From positions 1,025,980 through 1,089,979 of the forward strand of contig CAWFCG010000003.1 in NCBI GenBank assembly GCA_963814315.1: 64,000 bases of DNA, written 5' to 3'. Numbering within the stretch: the first letter of the stretch is position 1; every line of letters starts with the position of its first letter. Below the pieces are notes generated by a model. The model was not told the origin of the DNA. It saw only the letters and a list, made by a program, of their open reading frames with translations, and did not search any database. A program made the position numbers and the translations under genes. Shown here piece by piece: positions 10,531 to 19,508 of the stretch. The stretch is from an uncultured Chloroflexia bacterium. Its GTDB lineage: Bacteria > Chloroflexota > Limnocylindria > Limnocylindrales > CSP1-4.

Positions 10531-11724
10531 ATGTCAGTCGGATCCGCCTTCGACGAGCGAGCCCTGCAGCTGAACGTCTATCGGCAGTGGCGCGGATGGT
10601 CGGGCGTCTTCAGCTCGAGCGCCTACACGTCCCACGTCGACATCGAGTACAACGCCATCCGCAACGCGGCGGCGCTCATCGACATCTCGCCACTGTTCAA
10701 GTACCGCGTCGCCGGGCCCGATGCCGATCGTCTGGTCGACCGTGTCATCACCCGCGAGGGCGCATCGGTCACGCCCGGTCGTGTCATCTACACGCCCTGG
10801 TGCGACGCGGCGGGCAAGGTCATCGACGACGGCACCCTCATGCGGCTCGACGATGGCTCCTGGCGCTGGACGGCGGCCGAGGGGCAGCTGCGCTGGTTGC
10901 GACTCAACGCCCGCGGGCTTGACGTCCAGATCGACGACCAGACCGACGAGCTCGCCGCGCTGGCGCTGCAGGGGCCCCTCTCGCGCGCGGTGTTGGAAGC
11001 CGCGGCGCAGACCTCGCTGGCCGATCTGCGCTACTACGGCCGGCGTTCGATCTCCATCACCGGCGCCGAGATCGATGTCAGTCGGACGGGCTATACGGGC
11101 GACCTGGGCTATGAGCTGTGGATCGCTGTGGGTGACGCGCTCGCGGTCTGGGATGCGCTGATGGAGGCCGGGGGTGCCTATGCGCTACGTCCGGCAGGCA
11201 TCCTGGCGCTCGACGTGGCGCGCGTGGAGGCGGGGCTCATCATGGCCGGCGTGGACTACACCTCGTCGGGCCACGCGCTGACTCCGAACCAGGCGTACTC
11301 GCCGTACGAGCTGGGTCTGGGTAGCCTGGTCAAGCTCGATAAGGAGGTCAACTTCGTCGGCCGTGCGGCGCTACGCCGTGAGCGGGACGCCGGCGGTCCG
11401 TCGCGGCGCCTGGTGGGACTGGCGCTCGACTGGGCCGACCTGGAACGGCTCCACGCACGTCATGGTCTGTCGCCGGCCCTATCAGCCCATGCCTGGCGGG
11501 ACGAGATCCCCATCTACGATCGCGACCGACAGGTCGGCCGTGCCACCAGCGGCTCCTGGAGCCCGGTGCTGAAGAGGAACCTCGCCGTCGGCACCGTCGC
11601 GGCGGCCGCTGCTGCGATCGGCACCGAGCTGGAGATGGAGTGGTCCGTCGAAGGTGCGCGCGGCCGCATCGGCGCTCTGGTCCTGGCGCTGCCCTTCTTC
11701 GACCCGCCGCGCAAGCGGGCATAG
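10531..11724 (+). CDS. aminomethyltransferase (GcvT) family folate-binding protein
   Basis: Shows a GcvT-like fold signature, including SRTGYTGDLGYELW and AGILALDVARVEAGLIMAG. It is divergent from the CrtI-like pair. Confidence 0.65.
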   Translation: MSVGSAFDERALQLNVYRQWRGWSGVFSSSAYTSHVDIEYNAIRNAAALIDISPLFKYRVAGPDADRLVDRVITREGASVTPGRVIYTPWCDAAGKVIDDGTLMRLDDGSWRWTAAEGQLRWLRLNARGLDVQIDDQTDELAALALQGPLSRAVLEAAAQTSLADLRYYGRRSISITGAEIDVSRTGYTGDLGYELWIAVGDALAVWDALMEAGGAYALRPAGILALDVARVEAGLIMAGVDYTSSGHALTPNQAYSPYELGLGSLVKLDKEVNFVGRAALRRERDAGGPSRRLVGLALDWADLERLHARHGLSPALSAHAWRDEIPIYDRDRQVGRATSGSWSPVLKRNLAVGTVAAAAAAIGTELEMEWSVEGARGRIGALVLALPFFDPPRKRA

Positions 11725-11804
11725 CCGCGTCGAGACGTTGGCGTGCTGCCTTTGGTTCGGCAGTATGATGTTGGTGCATACTCCGCCGCATACTGGAGAC
11801 CGGC

Positions 11805-12047
11805 ATGGTCATGGTACGGACCACCATCACACTTCCGGACGAGCTGTTGCGCCGGGTGGACGAGCTCGCCGGTGCCGGCGGCCGGAGCGCCTGGATCACG
11901 CAGACCATCGAGGCGCGAGTCAAGCGCGAACACCTCGGCCGCGTCCTTGAGGAGACGCGTGGCGCGATCAAGGACTCGAAGACGTGGCCGACCGCGGAAG
12001 CGACCTATCGATGGGTCAGGGAGCTACGTGAGGAAGGTGAGCGGTGA
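11805..12047 (+). CDS. vapB: ribbon-helix-helix antitoxin (VapB / CopG-like)
   Basis: 80 aa with the RHH pattern TITLPDELLRRVDELAG. It overlaps the downstream PIN gene by 4 nt. Confidence 0.7.
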   Translation: MVMVRTTITLPDELLRRVDELAGAGGRSAWITQTIEARVKREHLGRVLEETRGAIKDSKTWPTAEATYRWVRELREEGER

Positions 12048-12475
12048 CTGGCTATCTGCTGGATACCACCGTCCTCCTCGACCACTCCACGGGTCGACGT
12101 GATGGCGTTGAGATGCTGGCGCGATTGTTCTCGGAAGCCGGATCGCTCTATGCCTGTGATATCACCACGAGTGAGGCGCTTTCGGGCGGCCCATCGCAGG
12201 AACGTGGGGTCATCCTGCGCCTGCTCGACGCACTGGAGTACATCGCCATCGACCCCGAAGGTGCGCGATGGGCCGGTGATCGGCGCCGCGAGCTACGAGC
12301 CCGCGGACGTCGCAGCCCACTCGGCGATGCCCTCATCGCTGCCGCGGCCTGGCGGATGGACGCCACGGTGGTCACCCGCAACCCCGCCGACTTCGAGCCC
12401 TTCGGTGTGTCAGTACTTGCGTACGGTGAGCCACCTCACGCCAACGCCGGCACGAAGCGGGGATCGACTCGGTAG
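12044..12475 (+). CDS. vapC: PIN-domain toxin VapC
   Basis: Carries the N-terminal LLDTTVLLD acidic motif and a later DALIAAAA pattern typical of VapC. Confidence 0.75.
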   Translation: MTGYLLDTTVLLDHSTGRRDGVEMLARLFSEAGSLYACDITTSEALSGGPSQERGVILRLLDALEYIAIDPEGARWAGDRRRELRARGRRSPLGDALIAAAAWRMDATVVTRNPADFEPFGVSVLAYGEPPHANAGTKRGSTR

Positions 12476-13191
12476 ACGTCTCGGATGCGCTCCGCCGAGA
12501 GCACCTCACGCGGCGCACCATCGGCCACCAGTCGCCCCCCGTCAAGGAGCACCAGACGCGGGAAGAAGTGCGCTGCCAGGGGCAGGTCGTGAAGTACCGC
12601 CAGTACAGTGAGGCCGGCATCGGTCAGCCGTGTGAGCAGCGTCAGCACCTCCACCTGGTGCCGCAGATCGAGATGGACCGTGGGCTCATCGAGCACGATG
12701 AGCCGGCCACCTTGCGCCACCGCCATGGCGATCAGCACCAGCTGGCGCTCACCCATCGAAAGCTGCTGGACGTCTCGTCCCCGCAGCTTGTCGATGCCGA
12801 CACGCGTGATGGCCGCGTCGACGGCCTCGTGATCATCGGCCGTGGCCCCGGAAAAGGGGTTCTCGTGGGGCAGCCGTCCCAGACGTACGACCTCCTCGAC
12901 GCGCATCGAGAAGGGCAGGTCGACCTGGCTGGGCACCACGGAGATGGTGCGCGCGATGGTAGCGCGTTCGATGTGGGCGATCGGCTCGCCGTCGAGTCGG
13001 ATGCTGCCGCTGGTGGGCAGCGCGAGGCCAGTGAGGCAGCGCAGCAAGCTGGATTTGCCGGCACCGTTGGGGCCAACGAGGCAAAGCCGCTCCCCTGCTT
13101 CGATGGCCAGGTCGAGCCCGCTCAGCACATCCGTGGTCTCGTAGCGCAATCCGAGGTCCTCGATGTCGATCTGCAGTCCGCGCTCGCTCAC
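12436..13191 (-). CDS. btuD: ABC transporter ATP-binding protein (FecE/BtuD-like)
   Basis: Walker A GPNGAGKSSLL, signature LSMGERQ and Walker B LIVLDEP. It overlaps the permease gene by 4 nt. Confidence 0.8.
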   Translation of the reverse strand: MSERGLQIDIEDLGLRYETTDVLSGLDLAIEAGERLCLVGPNGAGKSSLLRCLTGLALPTSGSIRLDGEPIAHIERATIARTISVVPSQVDLPFSMRVEEVVRLGRLPHENPFSGATADDHEAVDAAITRVGIDKLRGRDVQQLSMGERQLVLIAMAVAQGGRLIVLDEPTVHLDLRHQVEVLTLLTRLTDAGLTVLAVLHDLPLAAHFFPRLVLLDGGRLVADGAPREVLSAERIRDVYRVDPRFVPALA

Positions 13192-14270
13192 AACTGGTAC
13201 CCGCTGCGGTAGCGCCGCAGCAGCAGCACGAAGATCGGCGCGCCGATGACGGCGGTGATGATACCCACCGGCAACTCCCCGGCGATGCGGGCGCCGAGGT
13301 CAGCCCAGATGAGGAATGACGCCCCGAAGATCGCCGAGAGCGGCAGCACCACACGCGCGTTGGGGCCGACCACCAGCCGGATGACGTGAGGAACCACTAG
13401 CCCCACGAAGCCGATAAGGCCGGCCAGAGCCACTGCGGCTGCGGTCACCAACGAGGCCAGGCCGAGGAGGATGGCACGCTCTCGGCGCACGTCCACGCCG
13501 AGATGGAGTGCAGTGTCGTCACCCAGCAGCAGCCCGTTGAGCGAACGCGCTCTGGCCAGGATGAGCACCGTGCCGACCGCGATGACGGGGAGGCCGATGG
13601 CGAGACTCTGCCAGTCGGCTCCGGAAAGGCTGCCGAGCAGATAGAAGAAGATCTGGCGCAATTGGGAGCCCGAGAGGTACATCGCCAGCGACAGGCCGGC
13701 TGCCAGCATCGAACCCACCGCATAGCCGGTCAGCAGGATCGACGTCATGGTGGAGCGTCCGCCACCGCCGGCCACGCGATAGACGATGGCGATTGCCCCA
13801 AGCGCCCCGACGAAGGCGAAGATGTTGGCCAGGCCCAGGCCCAGCCAGGCGACCTGGATGGGGATAAGGACTGCGATGGCGGCCCCCAGCGCCGCGCCGC
13901 TGGCAGTGCCCAACACATATGGGTCAGCAAGCGGGTTGCGCAGCAGCCCCTGGAAGGTGACACCCGCTACCGAGAGCCCCAGGCCGACCACGAGTGCGGT
14001 GAGCACGCGCGGCAGGCGCAATTCCATGACGATGGTCTCGCTCGCTTGCGACCACGTCTCGGCCACCGGCCAGCCCAGCAGGTCGCGAGCCACGATGGCG
14101 ATGGTGTCGCCGGGCGAGATGAAGACGCTGCCCAAGCCGATGCCAGCCACCATGGCAAGGACCAACGAGAACAGGCCGATGAGGCCCAGCGCGACGGGGC
14201 GACGACGCAGGGCCTCAAAGGCGCCTTGCCGGACCGGCGCGCGCTCGCGTGCCAGGTCCGTGGTGGTCAT
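13188..14270 (-). CDS. btuC: FecCD-family ABC permease (BtuC-like)
   Basis: 360 aa polytopic membrane protein with FecCD-like sequence. Confidence 0.8.
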   Translation of the reverse strand: MTTTDLARERAPVRQGAFEALRRRPVALGLIGLFSLVLAMVAGIGLGSVFISPGDTIAIVARDLLGWPVAETWSQASETIVMELRLPRVLTALVVGLGLSVAGVTFQGLLRNPLADPYVLGTASGAALGAAIAVLIPIQVAWLGLGLANIFAFVGALGAIAIVYRVAGGGGRSTMTSILLTGYAVGSMLAAGLSLAMYLSGSQLRQIFFYLLGSLSGADWQSLAIGLPVIAVGTVLILARARSLNGLLLGDDTALHLGVDVRRERAILLGLASLVTAAAVALAGLIGFVGLVVPHVIRLVVGPNARVVLPLSAIFGASFLIWADLGARIAGELPVGIITAVIGAPIFVLLLRRYRSGYQL

Positions 14271-14272
14271 GC

Positions 14273-15286
14273 TCAGCCGACCTCACACAAAGGTGTATCG
14301 GGCGGGAAGTCGGCCAGCTCCAGCTCGGGATGGATGGCCCGTGCCAGCGAGGCCAGGCCCTGCATCAGGCGTGGTCCGGGGCGGGTGACGGGCACGTCGT
14401 CCACTGGTCGGACGTCGCCGTTGACGACAGCGGTCATCTGGTCCCAGCCAGGTCTGACGAAGACGTCCTCGGGACAGACGCCGTAGTTGGCGTCGCCCAG
14501 GATGATGACCTCCGGGTCGGCCACGATGAGCTCCTCAAGGGGGATGGCCCACGCCGCCGGATCGGCGGTTGTGATGGGGTCACCCCCGGCGAAGGTCACC
14601 ATGTCGGCCACGAAGGAGTCCGGCGCAGGGGCGTAGATCTCCGGCTCCGAGCCGACCTGGTAGAACGTCCGCGGCGTCGTCTCGGTCGCGGCCACCGCCT
14701 CGCTGATGGCGTCGAACCGGCTGCGCATCCGGGCTGTCATGGACGCGGCCTCGTCGGCGGCACCGACAGTCGTGCCGATGAGCTCGATGTCAGTCATCAC
14801 CGTCGGCAGGTCGGGGGCGTAGACGACCACGACCGGATAGCCCAGGTCGCGCATGCGCTCGATATCGTCGGGTGGGGTAAAGGAGTTGCCCGCCGCCAGC
14901 ACTAGATCGGGCTCCAACGCCACCACCTGCTCCATGTTCACCCCGGTGAAGCTGGCCACCGGGGTCAAGGCAGCCGCTTGGGGCGGGAAGTCGTCCCAGT
15001 CGGTGCGGCCGACCAGGCGATCACCGGCTCCGAGCGCGAACGCGATCTCGGTGTTGGCCGGGGAGAGGCTGATGATGCGCTGCGGTTCAGCCTCGATGGT
15101 GACCTCGGTACCCTCGTCATCGGTGACCGTCACCGGGAAGTCGGCGGCGGCGGCGATGGTGACCGGAGTCAATGGCGCCCACCCAAGGGTCAGTGCGGCC
15201 ATCAGGAACGCGGCGGCCACGGAGGCGACAGGAAAACTCCGGCCGCGATGCTTGCCGGAGCTTGAGTCCATGGTGCGTGTTTCCAC
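14273..15286 (-). CDS. btuF: periplasmic/lipoprotein substrate-binding protein, class III SBP (BtuF-like)
   Basis: Has a signal peptide and the pattern RIISLSPANTEIAFALGAGDRLVG. The ORF-track start at 15331 lies inside the riboswitch. I prefer the GTG at 15286, which is preceded by AAAGGGG; the ATG at 15271 is also possible. Confidence 0.7.
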   Translation of the reverse strand: METRTMDSSSGKHRGRSFPVASVAAAFLMAALTLGWAPLTPVTIAAAADFPVTVTDDEGTEVTIEAEPQRIISLSPANTEIAFALGAGDRLVGRTDWDDFPPQAAALTPVASFTGVNMEQVVALEPDLVLAAGNSFTPPDDIERMRDLGYPVVVVYAPDLPTVMTDIELIGTTVGAADEAASMTARMRSRFDAISEAVAATETTPRTFYQVGSEPEIYAPAPDSFVADMVTFAGGDPITTADPAAWAIPLEELIVADPEVIILGDANYGVCPEDVFVRPGWDQMTAVVNGDVRPVDDVPVTRPGPRLMQGLASLARAIHPELELADFPPDTPLCEVG

Positions 15287-15289
15287 GTG

Positions 15290-15440
15290 CTTCCCCTTTC
15301 TCTCGAAGGGCTGGCGCACGACCATGATCACGGCGACCGGACTTGCAGCTGGTGGCTGTTCACCGTAGCGGGACTGTGCCGGAATCTCACCGGCTTCGCG
15401 TGACGGAGGTCTTGCTCTTGAGTTGTGCCACTGAGTTTAC
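15290..15440 (-). promoter_or_regulatory. cobalamin (B12) riboswitch in the 5' leader of btuFCD
   Basis: The minus-strand sequence CTCAGTGGCAC...CGCGAAGCCGGTGAGATTCCGGCACAGTCCCGCTACGGTGAAC...AGCCACCAGCTG matches the cobalamin riboswitch core consensus (GGTGcc ... GGGAAnccGGTGaaAaTCCgg ... CCCGCcACTGTaA ... GCCACTG box), and it sits immediately upstream of an SBP/permease/ATPase operon. This is judged by eye against the remembered consensus. Confidence 0.6.
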
Positions 15441-15550
15441 GCCGCCCACGGCTCCGAAGCAGGGGTGATAAGTCACAGATAAGTGGTCCTCCCGATACTA
15501 CGGGCGACCGCCTCCACCGCCGGTCGGAACCGCCGGAGGAAGGGTTGTCC

Positions 15551-17083
15551 ATGAAAGGGCACATCCATGCACCGCTCCGCCGTCTCACATCCATGGCCGT
15601 GGCCGGAGGGCTATCGTTTTCACTCCTGCCTACGGCACCCTTGCCCGCCGCGGCAGCGGAGGCCCTGGACCCCACGGACCTGCCACGTTGTGCCGCGGTC
15701 AGTCGCTCTGCAGAACGCGACGGGCAGATCACCTCGCCTTGGGAAGTGGTCCTCGATGCGGACGGTGTCGTCACGGAGCATCGGATCACGTTGCGATACG
15801 GAGACGATGAAACCACGCTGCGGGTGGGTCCGCGTGGCTTATACCTGCAAGCTGGACCACGGCGGATGCTCCTCGGCGAGCGCTTCGACGAGGGCACCAA
15901 GCTGGCCATGATCGATATCGGCCGCGGCTGCCGACTGTGGGCGCGCCGCATCGATCGCCTGGCCTACCCCATCGGCGACCTCGATGACGCTCGCAAGCTG
16001 CGCTTATCCATGCATCGACTGGACACCGGTCGGTTCGAGGGCAGCCTTGACCTGGAGGTGGAGACGGGCGCCTCCGGCGGCCTGATTGACGGCGTCTGTA
16101 TCACCGACTGCGAGCCCAACGACGGCGATCTCTCGCTGTCCGCGTACCAGCCGGCCGGAGCGGCACAACCAGTACCCGCATTCGCTGCCGGCGGCTGGGC
16201 TGCCGGCAAGCTTCTGACCTATCGCTGGGGAGATGGCGCGGCACCACCGACGTGGGCACGAGATGCGTTGCAAGCGGCGGCTGATGACGTCGGCAGTACC
16301 TCCGAGGCTAGCGGGCCGCGGTTCGTCTTTCGCTCGGATGCCTCCAATGGCGTTCGCTACACCGGCGTCTTCCCCACCTACTGCAGTCGCAGTGGCATCG
16401 CTTGTGCCGCGCGCAATATGCCCACGTTCTGGAGCGTTTGGCTACGACCACACGGGACCGACTTCGCCTGGGGCACGCTCCGCTGGTGCCAGAAGGACGG
16501 CTCCAACGGTTGCTTCGACATCCGCCGCGTACTGCTCCATGAGCTCGGTCATGTCACCGGTCTGAACCACCCCTCGAGCGCGGGCTTCACGCTGGGGGTC
16601 CACGAGACGGTGATGCAGGCCATCACGCCTGCCAAGCCCAAGCCCGGCAGCTCCCGCCACTCCTTTGGACGCTGCGACGTCGCCACGTTGCAGGAACTCT
16701 ACGGCACACCCACCAACCAGACCGCCATTTCGACCTGCAACGACGTGACGACCCAGCTGGAGCTGAGCGCTGCCAGCAGCACCATCAGCGCCGGAGCCTC
16801 GGTGAAGCTGACCGCGGAGCTGCGCATCGTGAACAAGAGTGCCTACGGCGAGCTCGCCAACAACCCCCTGAATGGGCGCTCGGTGAAGCTCAAGTACCGG
16901 CGCGCGGGCAGCGATGACGCCTGGAATACCGCCTGGATGCGATCGGAGTACTCGTCTGGTCGCTACACCGCCACCATCGCCCCCGGGCAGACCTGGGAGT
17001 TCAAGGCCACGTTCCCCGCCCCTACGGACGAGGGAGTGCGCTACAGCACCTCGGAGATCGTGAAAGTGAAGGTACGGGATTGA
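15551..17083 (+). CDS. secreted metzincin-type zinc metalloprotease (HExxHxxGxxH)
   Basis: The MKGH... start has a GGAGGAAG RBS. It has a signal peptide and the zinc motif HELGHVTGLNH followed by a Met-turn-like VMQ. The C-terminal roughly 130 aa look like a beta-sandwich. Confidence 0.65.
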   Translation: MKGHIHAPLRRLTSMAVAGGLSFSLLPTAPLPAAAAEALDPTDLPRCAAVSRSAERDGQITSPWEVVLDADGVVTEHRITLRYGDDETTLRVGPRGLYLQAGPRRMLLGERFDEGTKLAMIDIGRGCRLWARRIDRLAYPIGDLDDARKLRLSMHRLDTGRFEGSLDLEVETGASGGLIDGVCITDCEPNDGDLSLSAYQPAGAAQPVPAFAAGGWAAGKLLTYRWGDGAAPPTWARDALQAAADDVGSTSEASGPRFVFRSDASNGVRYTGVFPTYCSRSGIACAARNMPTFWSVWLRPHGTDFAWGTLRWCQKDGSNGCFDIRRVLLHELGHVTGLNHPSSAGFTLGVHETVMQAITPAKPKPGSSRHSFGRCDVATLQELYGTPTNQTAISTCNDVTTQLELSAASSTISAGASVKLTAELRIVNKSAYGELANNPLNGRSVKLKYRRAGSDDAWNTAWMRSEYSSGRYTATIAPGQTWEFKATFPAPTDEGVRYSTSEIVKVKVRD

Positions 17084-17937
17084 GATCTTGCCAACGAACT
17101 CTGGCCATCCTGCTGCTGAGCCTGGCGCTACCGCTCGGAGCGGCCGCAGCAGACGCGGTCGAACCCTCCGCCACCCCGGATAGGGCACCGCAGGTGTGGC
17201 TCAACGGCGCCTTCGGACGAGTGCCTGGGGCTGATCCGGGCACGCCCGCGGCCGCCCCGCCGGACGGCAAACCGCTGGACGCCTGGTTGCGATCAGCACC
17301 ACTGACGCTGGAGACGGACGTGGCCCCGGAAGACCTGTTGTCGGTCGAGGTCACAGCCCGGCCACTCGACCGTGCTGCCACCGAGGAGTCGCTCTCAGAA
17401 GGCGCCACCATGTTCCCAGGTCCGGATGCGCCCGGTGTCGTCATCGTCACCGCCACCGTCACGACAGACCCGTATGGCATCAGCCGTCGCGCGTGGCTAC
17501 TGGAGATCCCGGACCGTAGCGGTGGCGAGGAGGCGCTCTTCGATATCCCTGGCCCGGTCGCCATGTTGAACTCAGCGGGCGGCGGCGTGGTCGGAGAGCC
17601 GGGCAACGGTTGCTATGCCTATCTTTGCGTGGATGTGGGCTATGAGACACCACCCTCCTCCCTGCCGGCGATGCCCGTCAACGTCGGCGAAGAGCTCACA
17701 GTCACGCTCTCCGACGGGTCAGCGATGTCCGGCTGGACTGGCAGCCTCGTACCCATCGGAGACAGTCGCGCTGTGACGCTTCAAGCGGACGACACCTTTG
17801 GAGCGAAGCCACAAGGCAGCGCCATACTCGTTGGCTTGGCGCCTCCGACCGCGGGTGAGTGGTTGCTACAAGTCCGCACGGACTTCGACCGCGAGCGCGG
17901 CTGGCAGTCCTTCCTGTATCGCCTCTTGGCCGAGTAG
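17080..17937 (+). CDS. secreted hypothetical protein, co-transcribed with the metalloprotease
   Basis: Overlaps the protease gene as ATGA. It has a cleavable signal peptide (LAILLLSLALPLGAAAADA) and no recognisable domain. Confidence 0.5.
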   Translation: MRSCQRTLAILLLSLALPLGAAAADAVEPSATPDRAPQVWLNGAFGRVPGADPGTPAAAPPDGKPLDAWLRSAPLTLETDVAPEDLLSVEVTARPLDRAATEESLSEGATMFPGPDAPGVVIVTATVTTDPYGISRRAWLLEIPDRSGGEEALFDIPGPVAMLNSAGGGVVGEPGNGCYAYLCVDVGYETPPSSLPAMPVNVGEELTVTLSDGSAMSGWTGSLVPIGDSRAVTLQADDTFGAKPQGSAILVGLAPPTAGEWLLQVRTDFDRERGWQSFLYRLLAE

Positions 17938-17959
17938 GGCCCCATTGGGGTCGCCGCGG

Positions 17960-18250
17960 CTATGCGCCAGCGGCCTCGGCGACCTCTTCACCCGCCTCCG
18001 GGAACAGCGACGTCTGGCGCTCCTCAGGCAGCATCACGCCCAGGATCTCCTGCAGGGCAGCGATGTGCGCACAGGTCTTGGCGGATTCGAAATAGTGGCA
18101 GTTGCACAACCAACCATCGGCTTCGAGGGTGACTCGGTGAGCGTCGTTATCCCCGGCGAAGGTAACGCTCAACCGTTCCACGGTGATGCGGTCGCGCTCT
18201 CGCGCGTAGCGGTGCGCCTTCTCGATCTTGCCGATGACGCTGGAGTGCAT
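17960..18250 (-). CDS. small protein with a SWIM-type zinc-finger-like motif (CxC-x9-CxH)
   Basis: 96 aa, with WLCNCHYFESAKTCAHIAAL matching the CxCxnCxH pattern. Confidence 0.4.
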   Translation of the reverse strand: MHSSVIGKIEKAHRYARERDRITVERLSVTFAGDNDAHRVTLEADGWLCNCHYFESAKTCAHIAALQEILGVMLPEERQTSLFPEAGEEVAEAAGA

Positions 18251-18399
18251 CAGTCATCAACCTCCTGGTCCGTCGTCGTCCGCTTCGACGGACCCGCTCT
18301 ACGACGCCGCGCCAGGCCATCCTTCAGCCCGCTTGACCGAACGTCGATCCCTGCCTCCTAGACTAACGACTCCACCAAGAGGAAACAGGGGCCGAAGGT

Positions 18400-19491
18400 C
18401 TACTCGGTCCCGGCCTCATCGGACAGTGCCATCTGCTCCTTGATATGGCTGATGGAATCGATCGGAGATGGATCCACGCCGTACATGAATGCGAGATAGA
18501 CGCTGATGTAGTCACCCAGCACGACCCCGCTGAGGGCGTGTCCCAGCGGTCCCTGGCCGGAGGTCTGGACTTCGGTATGCCAGATCTGAGCCCTGTCGGC
18601 GAGATCGCCAAGGAGTGTGGCGCGCAAGGTGTTTCGCGGGTGCTCCAGCTCGCTCCGAAGCGAGACGATCGCCAGATGATCCCGTAGCGATTCGGGCTGC
18701 TCCAGGCCCACGACCATATTGTGGGTGGCCTCCGGCAGTTCCTCGACGACCGCGCTGCTCTTGCTGTTCTCGTTGAGCTGCGTCTTCCAGCGCCGCGCCA
18801 CCGGCGCCAGGAACGACGAGCCGGTGATGATGACGAAACGGTCCACCAGCGACCAGGCCAGTCGTTTGGCTGGGTTGTCCGCCGTGGGCACACCCGGCTC
18901 GCAGCGCGCCGACATCCCCCGGGCAGCGGTGATGCCGCTCGCGATCTCGGCCTCGTCGAGCTCCAGCACCCCGGCCTGCTGCAGAACACCCGCCACGATG
19001 GCCATCGACCAGCCCAACGAGGAGCGCGGCGAGCCACGAAAGGGGAAGGTCGCCAGCGGCAGGCGGGCTGCTCTCGCCACATTGCGCAGTGCACCACCAG
19101 CGGTCACGGCCACCATCGGACAGCGGCGCTCCAGCGCGGTCCGCAGTGCGCTGAGGGTCTCCTCGGTCTCGCCGCTGCGGGAGCTGGCTATGACCAGCGT
19201 GTCCGTGCCCACCCAGGCTGGCAGGTCGTAGCCACGCACGATCTCGACCGGGACGCTGATGCGGTCAGCCCAGATGCCCCTGACCAGGTCCGCCCCGATG
19301 GCGGAACCACCCATGCCCAGGATGGCCACCGACGCTGGGCGCTCAGGGGACAGCTCAAGCCCGCGTGAGATGCGCCAGCCCTCTCCGATCTGGTCCGCGA
19401 ACTCGGACACGGACCCAAGCATGCCGGCGCTGTCGGCATGTGCCATAGCGGCCGCGTCATCGATGATGTTGCGGTTTGCTTGCTGTTCCAT
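18400..19491 (-). CDS. SIS-domain bifunctional phosphoglucose/phosphomannose isomerase-like protein
   Basis: Has the SIS signature AILGMGGSAIGADL...LVIASSRSGETEETL. In actinobacteria this position is conserved next to pmm. Confidence 0.6.
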   Translation of the reverse strand: MEQQANRNIIDDAAAMAHADSAGMLGSVSEFADQIGEGWRISRGLELSPERPASVAILGMGGSAIGADLVRGIWADRISVPVEIVRGYDLPAWVGTDTLVIASSRSGETEETLSALRTALERRCPMVAVTAGGALRNVARAARLPLATFPFRGSPRSSLGWSMAIVAGVLQQAGVLELDEAEIASGITAARGMSARCEPGVPTADNPAKRLAWSLVDRFVIITGSSFLAPVARRWKTQLNENSKSSAVVEELPEATHNMVVGLEQPESLRDHLAIVSLRSELEHPRNTLRATLLGDLADRAQIWHTEVQTSGQGPLGHALSGVVLGDYISVYLAFMYGVDPSPIDSISHIKEQMALSDEAGTE

Positions 19492-19508
19492 GGCAGGTCC
19501 GATCCTCC

